From positions 21,824,001-21,888,000 of the forward strand of contig OX597818.1 in the NCBI GenBank assembly GCA_951406725.2: 64,000 nucleotides of DNA. Reading direction: 5' to 3'. The DNA comes from Octopus vulgaris (taxonomy: Eukaryota). The notes under the pieces were generated by a model that was not told the DNA's origin, did not search any database, and saw only the letters and a list, made by a program, of their open reading frames with translations. How positions within the stretch are numbered: the first letter of the stretch is position 1; every line of letters begins with the position of its first letter. Below are positions 1 to 11,995 of the stretch, in pieces. The translations under genes were made by a program, and so were the position numbers.

Positions 1-2230
1 GACAGTAACTTTGAAAATTTGATTTATGCTTTCCTGTTATGACTCATAGTTATAAGCATTTATGATGTATAATACTTACAGTGAGGTAGATGTTGATCAA
101 TTTGGTTATGATCATTGTATGGTTTGCACTGTTTTAGGTCATAGCTAAGATTATTATCTAATTCTATAGATTTAAAAGTATTAAATGGTTGGAGGGTTTG
201 GAAAATTTGTCAGGTGAAAGACTGAAGGTAGTAGGGACCAGCATTGAGGTAGAATGATTTTTATACACATTGAAAGTGTAGTTGGATGACTAGGTGAGTT
301 GATTACTAACAAAGCTGCTTGTATTGAGAAAGAGAAGAGAGGAAGATTGTTTGGTCTCAGTGGATATGTTGTTCAGTAAGGTTTCAAGATGCGTGACTGC
401 AGATGAAAAGGGGTGAGCATGCATACACACACACTATTGAAATGGATTTGGTGGGGGTTAGTTTTTTATACATTTGTTTTCATAAACTACTGAATATAGG
501 ATATGACCGATATTCTACATAACAAAGAAAAAAAATATTTATATATATATAAATATGTATTGATTTTTATGAGTCTACATAACAACTGTTGCTATTGAAT
601 GTTTTACTTTGAGCCTGTTAGTTGACTATTACGTATAAAATTGTGCTTGCTACCTACACAGACTGGCAGCTACAGGTAACTTGTTTTCTTTGGCTCGAAA
701 ATTTTCATCGTTTTATTAAGACAATTTTAAAAGATCATCTTTGTGCGTGTGTGTTGTGCATATGTTTTTTCAGAAGCTTTTCTAGAGAAGTAAAAAGTTT
801 TTGTTTTTGTTTCCTTTTAGATTAGTATCTTTCATCTCAATTGTAGCTACTTTTCTATTCATGTTTTCTCATTAAGATTAAAATACGAATAGCTAAAATT
901 CAATCACTATTAAAAAATATTAGCTTTGTTCTGCTCCTGTAGTGAATTGTCATTTAAAAAATAGCAATTTCAGATAATCTGTAATTTTATTTTCCACTTT
1001 CCTTTTTTTATTGATATTGTTTAAGGCAAAATGAATGAAAGTGTTTTCTATTTTATTTTTCTTATTTCTTTTCAGCGTTTAACACTTTTCAGTATATTAA
1101 TTTATAATATATTTTCAGTTTTTTTCTCTTTTGCCTAGCTAACATATAATTTTAAAAATTAACTATCAATATATAGTTAACTCTTGGGTCTAATCCATAT
1201 TTGAAAGAGTAATATAAGTTATATTTTTGTGTACATAATCATTGATTTTTCTTAATTTCAATTGTACTTTTACTGACGAAATTGATATGATGTGGCCCTA
1301 CCAGGTGATAACACTACTGTTCACATCTTATAGACAATACTATTACTAGTAAAAGTACTGAACTCCCAAGTGTCCAGTCCATTTGGATAGAAATAGTACC
1401 ATAGAGGAATGCATTTTACTAATGTAGACTGCAGTCTGATCTGTTAGAAATAGCAGCCAAATTTCCCTTATCATGTTAAACAAGCTAATATTTCAGACTA
1501 CATTGCAGAGCATTGTATTGGATCACCCAATGCCTGGGTGGTCATGGCTGGGATGCATTTAATCATAGATTTAGTTAAGCAAGACCTACTTTGGTTAAAT
1601 AACATTAGAATGATATATTTTATTAGTTGGCAGTGTTGGCCTAAAATTTTCCCTTGAGTAGCAATAAGATGTCTAATAGCAAAGGCATTGACTTTCTGCC
1701 AGTAGGTTAGTAGTTCAAATCTTGTGCAGGCATTCTATAGTATTTCTGATTAGGAAATGTTTTATATAGTTTCATTTCATCTTAGCTGTTGAGAGAGGAT
1801 ATCGAATTATCTTGGAATGTCACACAACTTAGGAATAAATAACAAAAGATTGTTTTAATGTGTCCTTTTTGAAGGGATCCTGAAACAGACAGCAATAGTA
1901 AATATTCAATTTTGAAGAAATTTTCAGTAAAATAAAAGGTTAGAAAACCTAACAAAAGAAAAAAAAAATCACCATATGATATTTCTAATTAATTTAATTC
2001 AAATCTTTATTAGATCATTAACTCCTTATTTACCACTAAACAAAGATACAGTTTAAAAAATTATAGAATATACAATTCCATTCCATCTTTCTTTACGATA
2101 TGCAAATTGTTTTGGCTATTAGCACTTTTGATAACTGGAACAATTTTTATATTTCTAGTAAAGATGGAAAAAGGCTTGTATACTTCTTTTTTAATATTAA
2201 ATTCTTTTTTTTTCTCTCTCTCTCTTTTCT

Positions 2231-4835
2231 GAGGCTGTGAGCTGGCAGAAATGTTAGCCCATTGGGTAAAATGCTTGGTGGCATTTTGTTCACCTTCACA
2301 TTCTGAGTTCGAATTCTGCTGGGGTTGACTTTGCCTCTCATCTTTTTGGTGTTGATCATTGGGTTTGATGTAATCAACTTGCCTCATCCTTCAAACTTGC
2401 TGGCCTTGTGCTAAAATTTGAAACTAATGTTGAATTCTTTTGAAATTGTTGATATCCTTGTCAAACAATTAGGTTCTCTGAAAAATTATATACATTCCAG
2501 CTTCAAACTCTAAAGAAGCTCAAATTTCTATTCAATGCAAAATTTTATGCAAATATTTCTTTAAAGCAAATCTTCAATCACTGCTAGCGTTACTGCTGCT
2601 GTTGCTATCAATATTAATGATAATAGTAATAGTAATAGTAATAATTTTGACACAAGTCAGCAGTTTTTGAGGTGAGGGGAAGTCAATTACATCAACTCCA
2701 GTACTTGACTTGTACTTAATTTATAACCTAAAAGGATGAAAGGCAAAACTGACCTTGGCAGAATTTGAACTCAGAATGTAAAGGCAGACAAAAAGTCACT
2801 AAGCATTTTGTCTGCCATGCTAATGATTCTACCAGTTTTTAAAACAATAATAATAGTAATAATCCTTTCTGCTATAGGCCCAAGGTCTGAAATTTTGGAG
2901 AACAGGGTGAGCCGATTACAGTTTCCTCAGTTGTCAACTGGTACTTAATTTATCAACCCTCAACAGGATGAAAGGCAAAGTCAACCTGGGTGGAATATAA
3001 ACTCAGAGCATAAAGATGGACAAAATGCCACTAAGCATTATATTTGGTGTGCTGGTGAATCTGTCAGCTCATTGCCTTAACAACAACAACTACTACAACA
3101 ATAATAATAATAATAATAATTCTTTCAACTGAAAGTACAAGGCCTGAAATTTGGTGGGGAGGGGACTAGTCAATTACATCAACCCCAGTGTCTCACTGGT
3201 ACCTAATTTACCGACCCCAAAAGGATGAACGGCAAAGTCAACCTCAGCAGAATTTGAACTCAGAAATAATGATGGATGAAATGCTGCTAAGCATTTTGCC
3301 CAGCATGCTAATGATTCTGCCAGTTTGCCACCTTAGTAATAATAATAATAAAAATAATAATAAGAAGAAGAAGATATGACAATCTAGGGAAAGCAATCCA
3401 CTGGGAGCTATGTAGAAAGCTAGGATTTGAACATACTGATAAATGGTATGAACATGAACCTAATAAAGTACTAGAAAGTAAGAAATACAAGATGTTGTGG
3501 GACTTTAGCATTCAGACTGACAGAGTAATAGAAGCTAGAAGGCTTGATTTGGTAGTAGTAGATAAAGAGAATAGAAAGTGCCAAATAATTGACTTTACAG
3601 TCCCAAATGATGAAAAAATAGCAAAGTACCAGGACCTAGCTATTGAATTACAGAGACTATGGAAAGTGTGGGTAAAATGCATCCAAGTAGTTGTAGGTGC
3701 ATTAGGAAGTACCCCTAAAGATCTGAACAGATGGATAGAAGAAATTGGCATAAAACCCAGATTAGTACAGCTGCAGAAAACAGTGTTATTAGGGAAAGTT
3801 AAAATACTTTGGAGGATTCTTGGCATCTAAAGTTACTTGTTGTAGCCCGATGTTAGGATTCTTTTCTTTTCTAACAGTCTATTCTGTTGAGTGTTTATGA
3901 ACAATAATAATGTGGTGTTATTACATCAAGTGTAGTGGGTTGGTAGAAACATTAGTGTTAGACAGAATACCTTGTGGTATTTCTTCTGACCCAAAGCATG
4001 AAAGACAAAGTTGGTCTTGCCAAAATTTGAACTAAGAATGTTCTTCTGAGTTCAATTCCTGCAAGGCCCAAGTTTGCCTTTCATCCTTTAGTGTTGATAA
4101 AATAAAGTACCAGTCAAGTAGTGAGATTGATAGTATCAGCCAACAGCTTCTCCTCAAAATTGATGGCCTTGCACCTAAATTAGGAATCATTAGTGTTAGC
4201 ATAATTAGTATATTATAATTATTTGTTCTAACTCTACATTCTGAGTTCATATCTGGCTGAAGTCAACTTTGTCATTTGTACTTTCAATGTCAATAAAATA
4301 AAGTATTAGTCAAGTACTAACTCCCACTCACAAATTTAAGGCCTTTTGCCAATATTAGAAATGATTGTTTTGTTATTATTTTTAGGGATTGGTGATAAAA
4401 TCAGTAGTATGCTGGGTAAAATACCATGTGGTAGTTAGTTCGCTTTATGCCCTGAGTTCAAATACTATTAAAGCTGACTGGATTTCATACTTAAAAGTGT
4501 CAATAAAGTAAGTACCAGCTAAGGATTGGGGTCCATTCAATCAACTATATCCATACCCGCCAAACATATGACAACAAACCTATGCTAGGAATCATCATCA
4601 TCATTGTTATATTATTATTATTATGGCTGTGAGCTGACAGAATTGTTTGCATGCCAGAGAAAATGCTTAGCAGCATTTCATCTGTCTTTATATTCTGAAT
4701 TCAAATTTTGCTGAGGTTGACTTTACCTTTCATCCTTTCAGGGTCAATAAAATAAATAGCAGTTGAGTTTGGGTTTGATGTAATCAACTATTCTTCTCCC
4801 CACAAATTTCAGGCCTTGTGCCTATATTAAAGTGA
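2231..4835. mobile_element. Cluster of tRNA-derived SINEs (family with GCCTTTCATCCTTT..GGGTCGATAAAATAAGTACCAG body and (ATT)n tail): copies at ~2231-2430(+), 2645-2838(-), 2862-3080(-), 3120-3335(-), fragments 3930-4600, 4624-4835(+)
   Basis: Repeated head TGAGCTGGCAGAA..GTTAGC (A-box-like) and GAGTTC[G/A]AATTC (B-box-like), shared body, copies separated by (AAT)n/(ATT)n tracts. Confidence 0.85.
3364..3903 (+). mobile_element. 5'-truncated R4/Dong-clade non-LTR retrotransposon 3' end (restriction-like endonuclease domain plus 3' UTR) inserted in (AAT)n
   Basis: Translation YDNLGKAIHWELCRKLG..KWYEHEP..MLWDFSIQTDRVIEARRLDLVVVDK..CQIIDF..KYQDLAIELQRLW..VVVGALG matches the RLE C-terminus of R4-clade elements; AAT repeats on both sides. 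Confidence 0.85.
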
Positions 4836-5556
4836 ATTATTATTATTATTATTATTGTTATTATTATTATTATTACAAGTACATTGTGAGAATCACTCTC
4901 CTGCCCATTTTTAGCAAGGCAAGTCATGCAGTGTTCCTCAGTCTAGTGGCTATGGAGAAAAAGGTTATGTGATAGGAGCTGTTGAAAGGATTGTGAGCAG
5001 ACAACTTTATCTTCAGTGAAACCCTTGTCAACTTTCTTTCAAGTTCTCCTTGGAAAGGAAAATGAGAGTGGAAATTTGCTAAGAGATAGGCATCTGTGCA
5101 AAAATGGTCAGGGTGAATAGAATTTCTCCAAGCATGCATCTGTAGATTGGAGAATAACCGTTGTGCAAGGGCTTGTGCTCTTTGTGGTCAGGGTGATCCT
5201 GGTTCTATGGGGTTCCTTGATTGGCTCCAGTTAGAGATCTGTATTAGGAGGACTGTATCATACATGTGTTCACATATTTTGTATACTATATATACTTTTT
5301 ATCTCAACCTCCTCTCCTCATCATTTTCTATGTAAAACACCACACAAATTGGAAACTATCATCTTCATCAGATGCCCTTGTGGCAAATAAAAGAAATCGT
5401 CTTAACCATCATCATTATTATAAAATTAGTGTTTCCTATAGTATATATATATGTGTATATGTATGTATTAATGTTTGTTTTTTGTGAAGATATATTTATA
5501 TAATTTTGACATTAAGCTGAAAAAAATCACTCAATACTTTTTAGTAGAGTATATAT

Positions 5557-5640
5557 TTTTTCACAAGGAAAAGCTTGATTGTCTGATGATGGCAAGTAAG
5601 TTGAAACTTTGAAGTCCTTGTCAACCTTTTCCTTGTGAAA
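5557..5640 (+). ncRNA. Degenerate type I hammerhead ribozyme motif (Penelope/retrozyme-like repeat)
   Basis: CTGATGA 5583-5589, GAAAC 5603-5607, GTC 5614-5616, near-palindromic stem III ACTTTGAAGT, closed by ~20-bp inverted repeat TTTCACAAGGAAAAGCTTGA / TCAACCTTTTCCTTGTGAAA; stem II and proximal stem I decayed. Confidence 0.7.
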
Positions 5641-5693
5641 ATTTATATATATATTTATTTATTTATATTCACTGGCTATTTGCATGTTTCCAG

Positions 5694-5732
5694 ATCAGAC
5701 CATTGTCTTATCCAAGCAGACAAAGAAATAAG
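5694..5732 (+). CDS. Candidate 39-nt exon (IRPLSYPSRQRNK or SDHCLIQADKEI), protein unidentified
   Basis: tgcatgtttccag acceptor, AAG|gtattt donor, length divisible by 3, two open frames; no homology recognised. Confidence 0.25.
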
Positions 5733-6004
5733 GTATTTCTATTCAATATTTCATGAGCACTAGTCATTTTTACTTTTTAGCACTATAATAGGCTTTTGTA
5801 AACTTTGCGTCTTCAAGAAAAATGAACAGCAAGTATAGTAGATATTTAGAAATGTCAAGTAAAGGTTTTAAATATTACAGGCAATCCCTAAAATTATATC
5901 TGTTTGTATATATGTGCAGGTGTATTTGTGTGTGTGTGGGGGCACACTCACATATATTTATTTGGAGTAATTCTATTTGAGTTTTGGGTATTCTCTTTTC
6001 TTAT

Positions 6005-6041
<37 letters not shown>

Positions 6042-6118
6042 ATGTACATACATATCTGTAGCTTTTATGAAATACACCATATATATATATACACACAGAC
6101 ATACACACTCATACATAG

Positions 6119-6151
<33 letters not shown>

Positions 6152-6475
6152 TATATATATTTTTTGTAGAAGATAAAAATTTCAGTTGTCAGTACTTTAC
6201 ATCCAAAAATGAAATCATGCTTACAGTGATTTATAAGACTTGGATGGGATATATGTTTATATTAAAAATTTAAATAATAAAAAGTAATAAAACATAATTA
6301 AAAGATATAAACAATAAAAATAACAAGATATAAAATGTAAATAAACTAACATATAATACCATGAAAACCATCTATGCTTTTGTAGATACATGTATCCGAG
6401 GGAGAATAGAGTTCAGTAATACGAGATATGAAGGTAAAAGTCAGTTAAAAACCATGAAAAGTAAAAGTCAGTTAC

Positions 6476-6560
6476 AACCTACGGCAGTTTCAGAAAATAT
6501 TAAGGGGCTGCAGGAACAGTCTCCATTCAACTCCATCGAATATTTCCTTCTTCAGGGTTC
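6476..6560 (-). ncRNA. Type I hammerhead ribozyme motif with intact core, in a probable Penelope-like element tail (~6270-6700)
   Basis: Minus strand: AACC-CTGAAGA-AGGAAATATT..AATATTTTCT-GAAAC-TGCC-GTA-GGTT; 4-bp stem I, 10-bp stem II, minimal stem III. Confidence 0.7.
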
Positions 6561-7587
6561 ATTGTTTGTGGTAAAGTTCAGGTTAAAATTTTACATGATG
6601 AATTCCTATTGGTGGGTGGACGTCGAATGATTAAATAATTAAAAATATAACTAGTGAAATTGATACAGGATCATCCAAAAATTAAAAAATATATATATGG
6701 TGTATTTCTTAAAAGCTACAGATAACTCCATGTTCTTCAACTTATGTTTCTATACAATAGCTAAGTAGTTATATATCTAGTCTAAACGATTGATAATGAC
6801 AGTCTTTATTATTCATTGTTCATTACTCACAGAAACATATGTAATAATAAAACACTTGCATGCACATGCACATATGGATGCACACACATACATGCACACA
6901 TGTGCTCATTTGCGTAAGTGCATATGCACAAATATATTTGCTTGAAAATAGGTCCCATTGAAATCCTTGACCTCTGTTTCATCTCATGTCACCCCAGTCA
7001 CCATACAGCCTATAAGAGTGTCTCCATTTGGTCTGTTTATCTGCTTCAACTAGAAGCCATATCTCCCTGTACTCTCACTCTACCATCTTAAAAACGGAAG
7101 CATGCATAAGATGATATGGTTCAAGACATACCATATATGAAAAGGAATTGGATCATCTTGACTAGAATGCTCTTGATCATAAGTTTGTTTGACTCAGATC
7201 AAACTGGGACTAAAGAGCAATAACAACATCTATCTCTTTTGTTGTTCTGAATTCATGGTATTTCATGGTGACATACATCAATGCTAGGCTACCAATTTTG
7301 TGAACAGACACGTGCGTGCAAACACACGCACACACCATTAGTTATAATATGTATAAATACTCAACATAAATGAGTATATTTGTGTGTGTGTGTGTGTGTG
7401 TAATTAATAGTGATAGAAGCAGTATTAATACCAAAAGGTAATCTTTATATCCAACTTAATATGAATGACTTGTTAGAACACAGAATACTGTGTTATTTAC
7501 CTTCAGAGGATCTCTTATATGGAATCTTGGTACATAAAAGCATTCATATTTATATCATTGACAGATGAAAATCATCTGCTATGACTA

Positions 7588-7626
<39 letters not shown>

Positions 7627-8649
7627 GCACACACACATGCATATACACTCCTTTGTACTGAGTATTTTTATTTCTTGTTTGTACATTCATGTGTGTGTGT
7701 AGAGCAGGTATGGGAGGCAGTGTGAATATGGAACTGGCTTCATAACTACTTGTCTTTGAGTCCTATCTCACTGTGTGATCCTCTGTGCAAATATCTTTGG
7801 TTATTGTCTCAGGTCAACAAACACCAAATGCTATGTAAGTGGATGTGCTAGACAAAAGCTTATCATGTGTATGTATGCAAATTGAGCTTATGCAAAAAGT
7901 AAATAAATAAACAAGCAAGCAAATATAGAACCTAAATTAAGATTTTTCCCTCACAGTTTTTTTTGTTGTTTCCTAGGAAATTTTTTCAAAAAAACTGTGC
8001 TAATTTACATAATTGTATGAATTATTTTTCCAGTCAATAACTTTTATTAATGTCTATTATAATGCTGGTTCCACAACAACTTGTTACAGATGTTTGCTGC
8101 TATCAGATGTTGCTTACTTTTAGCCACATCTGAATTACTTTCTTTGGGGAATGGGAGAATACTACATTCAGCTTACTTCTTAATTGGTAGTCTGATTATT
8201 TAGTTGTACCTTGAGTTTTCTCTGGTACCCCATCTCTACCATATTCATCTTCATCATCTTCCCAATTATTGCTACTCATTTTTATATAATGTGTGGTAGC
8301 CACACATCTCCTCTGTGCTTCTCCTCCCATAATACTTTAGCCTCTCATCACCTGGCATAAAGCCACCTTCCCTTTAATAAACCCACCAATACTGTTTTCC
8401 CTTTTCTGACTTGCGACTTACTTGGTAACTTCAATAGTGTGACAGTGGCACAAAAAAAATAGCAACCTGTATACACCTGTAAGTTGATTGGTTTTAGGAA
8501 GGGCATTCAGCTGTAGAAAACACGTCAAAGCTGACACAGCTCACTGAATCCTCTCAAACCATCCAACCTATGCCAGCATAGAAAATGGTCATTAATTGAT
8601 GATCACTACATTACAAAATTGAGGGCAGATATTACTGAAATGTTGTATA

Positions 8650-9560
8650 ACCCAAACTTCTTGTTTTTGTTTTCTTCTCTGTTGGTCCTTTTCAGGATAC
8701 CAGTAAGTTCATCTCATGTGAAATCACAAAGTTTGATGTCAAGATTGTGTTTAATATAAGCTTCTGTGTTTTATCTGAAATTGCTCCTGAATTACTGAGA
8801 AAGTTTTGAAAGTGTTCTTTGTACTTGTTTAGTTATTCCTGCAGAATTGTGGCTTTTAGTTTCAATTTATTCATATTTGTCTGCCACTGATTTCATTAGC
8901 AATTTGCAATGCTCTGGAGTATTGTTTGTTTACAGCTGCATGCTAGCATTTTGCTTTCAACATATTTCTGTTGTTAGGTTGGAAAGCTTAGTTGATTTTA
9001 AAATAAGATGTACATCCTTCAATTGATTGCACATCTCAGTAATTGTTTAAGACTCCTATGAGAGTTAACATTCGATTTTTGTCTTGATAGGAAAACATTC
9101 TTCTGTAGTTTGTTGTTGAGAGATAATAAAATTACTGTATATTGCATTTGACGAGTTGATTTAAGTTTCTGCTTGTGTTTGATCAAGATGACGTACTGTT
9201 GTTAAGTACTGACCAGTCATATGAAAGAAATTTTGAGGTTTCTTCTTTATGGTACATAAGCTTGGTTGAATTCTGGTAGATAGTACTAGATGGCCAGAAC
9301 TAACTCAGTCAATGGAATTTTATAGAGCACTTTTTTTCACTCCGTGTTTATGAAGACATAGTCAAGTTGGGCTGTGACTCCAATGGAATAGGTATGTGTC
9401 TATAGTCTAGATCTCTCTTTTTGAAATTTGGTATTTAGGCTTAGATGGTTATTTTCAGTGATGAAATCTAGCATGTGTTGACCATTTCAGATGGTTGAAT
9501 AGTAAAAAGTGAATTGGAGATTGTTATCATGCTCTATCTGCAGAGATAGAATATGGTGTT
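8650..9560 (-). mobile_element. Highly decayed RTE/RTE-X-type LINE relic (APE endonuclease C-terminus and linker)
   Basis: Minus-strand patches LDFITENNHLSLNTKFQKR, GVTAQLDYVFIN, HNLDIKLCDFT*DELTGILKRT with frameshifts and stops. Confidence 0.6.
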
Positions 9561-10602
9561 TTGAGACTCACCTAACAAGAAAGGACTGGCGGTTGTAAAA
9601 AAATTTATGAACTGCAGTTTTAAACACTATTACAATTTTGTCACAACCACTTACATTTCTTTCAACTAACCACTATTGAAAATTATTACTATTATGCACT
9701 TTGTCAAACCAGGTGTACTGATTTGAATATTTGACAGATTTTTGATTGTTTGATTTCTAAATAAAATCAATACAAAATCAATCCATTATTATTAATGGAG
9801 AGAATGGGGATATGTTCTAACCATTCAAAAATTAATTTGTTTCAAGAAACACCAGTTTTTACTGACACTTTTCAAACTAGCATTTACCATCTGCAAATGT
9901 TTCATCTCTATGTGTTATCTTGGGCAGAAGTCTTTAAATAAGTATTGTTTTTCTCCAAGCCTTGTGCGTAAAATTGGGTACATTATTAGTGGACTGTATC
10001 TGTAATTTAGTACTAGAAGCATCTGAAATGTTGAGAACTGAAATGGGTAATTTTTTATGCATTTCAGTTTTTACCTCACTACTTCATGATGCACATAAAA
10101 CTTAGCATGTTGAACTTTCATAACTTTCTTGAATTTTTGTAATTGTTTCTTATGATAAATTCTATTATTGATGTTTTATATACTTTTTCTAAAATTTGTG
10201 CACATACCTACAGAGAACAATGTCTGTGTGGAGACACTTAAAAGAAAATATGGTTATTTAGCATATTTCTAAATGTGTTTTCAGGAATTCTAGGATATAA
10301 ATCATAGCATGTCTCTTATTTCGTGGTTTCTGGAAATTCCTCATCATCATTGTTTTGACATCCGCTTTTTCATGCTTGCATGGATCAGATGGAATTTATT
10401 GAGGTAGATTTCCTATGACCTGATGCTCTCCCTGTCACCAACTTTCATCTGTTTCCAAACAAGGCATTATTTACCCATGGCCTGACATGTTTTTTTTGGG
10501 TTTTTTTGCATAATATTCTAGGGAAAAAAATCATGAAATATAGTATCCCATCTTTTGATCATTTCTGGGAATTTGAAATTATTGTATATGTGTGCATGTG
10601 TG

Positions 10603-10645
<43 letters not shown>

Positions 10646-10815
10646 AAATAGGTTGGCTAGCAGCAAGCTGTTTCGCCTCATACCGAAGGAATTAGAAATG
10701 ACAGTCAAAGACCGTTTTTTCCATTTCTATAAGTGGAGATTCCCAAAACGAAGGCCCTTGCGGCTCACATACACAAAATCGGAGTGGCAAATACACGAAG
10801 GCAGTCACTTACCGT

Positions 10816-10890
10816 TAATAGCGAACACCGTGTTTCTGGATCACAAACATATAAAAAAAGGGAGTTTGAATTCCGTCATCAGCGCTATCA
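10816..10890 (-). ncRNA. Type I hammerhead ribozyme motif within a CpG-rich, probably Penelope-like insert (10641-10897) between (TA)n tracts
   Basis: Minus strand: TGATAGCG-CTGATGA-CGGA..TCCA-GAAAC-ACGGT-GTT-CGCTATTA; 8-bp stem I, 3-bp stem III, GUU cleavage triplet. Confidence 0.7.
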
Positions 10891-10891
10891 G

Positions 10892-10923
<32 letters not shown>

Positions 10924-10954
10924 CTTATATATACTTATATACACACACATGTAT

Positions 10955-11785
10955 ATGGTGAATAAACTGTTCTCTAAATTATATAAAAATGAAAATAACA
11001 CTGACATCTCATTTTAACTGATATATTTACCAAATTTACATAAAAATATCTTGAAATGCTAAAGAGTAAATTTATTCAATAAAATCACCATTGGCTTCAG
11101 TCACAGCCTCCAGATGACTTCAGAATCTCCTGCAGCTCTTTTGGATAGTCTCCTTGTTTAAGTTAATGAATGCTGCCATAATCCTTGCCTTCAGTTCATC
11201 TTTGGTGTTACAAGGAGTTTTGTTGGTCTCTCGCTCAACTGTGCCCCACACATAATAATCAAGGGGTTGCAGCCTGAGGATGTTAAGGGTGATGTGGTTG
11301 CAGAAATTGTCTGACAGCCATGACTGGGTTCTCCTGCATGTGTGGCATGGTGCAGAATCCTGTTGCCAAACACAGGGTCATCCAGCAGCCACCCTTTTGA
11401 CCCAGAGCAGCACTACCTCCTGCAGGCACTTGATGTAGGCCTCGATGTTGAGTCTGAGGCTGTGTGGGAAGATGGATAAAGACATAATGTCACAATTACT
11501 AATGATTGCTCCAAATACTATGATGTTGCCTAGATGTTTGATATTTATCACTCTCAGTACATATCCTCAGATTGCACTGTTCTCAAATTGACACCCAAAC
11601 ACTCCAAAATGTTCATATTGGAACATCTGGTGCAAATGCCAAGCAGTACAGCATGTCATTTCCAAATTTCTGGCAGAGTGAATTGCGTCATGGTGGTGTT
11701 TTTTCTCACTGAGACCCTACAAAATCAAAAACAAACAATGCACATAAAGATATAAAATGGCAACAATTTACCTATTGCACACTGT
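10955..11785 (-). mobile_element. Decayed Tc1/mariner DD37D (maT-like) transposon fragment
   Basis: Minus strand VWQQDSAPCHTCRRTQSWLSDNFCNHITLNI..CNPLDYYVWGTVERETNKTPCNTKDELKARIMAAF..HLEAVTEANGDFIE*; third catalytic residue is D; DD37 spacing is inferred after restoring a small deletion; TIRs poorly preserved. Confidence 0.75.
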
Positions 11786-11830
11786 ATATGTGTCTGTGCA
11801 TGTGTGTGTGTATGTATGTATGTATGTATG

Positions 11831-11874
<44 letters not shown>

Positions 11875-11955
11875 ACCAAGTAGTTTTGGTATGGAAAAAG
11901 AACCATTATCAGTAGAAACTTTTGCAAAAAGTTTTTTTTATATATAATTATAAAT

Positions 11956-11995
<40 letters not shown>

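Noticed and set aside
2231-2320. tRNA-like A/B boxes in SINE heads
   Set aside because: No cloverleaf, and they continue into SINE bodies; not tRNA genes
3364-3903. Idea that the R4/Dong element is the mobilising partner of the adjacent tRNA-SINEs
   Set aside because: The tails are of opposite sense ((AAT)n vs (ATT)n) and no shared 3' sequence is visible
8696-8702. Apparent 7-nt micro-exon GATACCA with strong polypyrimidine tract and gtaagt donor
   Set aside because: It lies inside an antisense RTE-type LINE relic (reads ELTGILKRT on the minus strand), so the signals are explained by A-rich LINE sequence; exonisation cannot be excluded without RNA data
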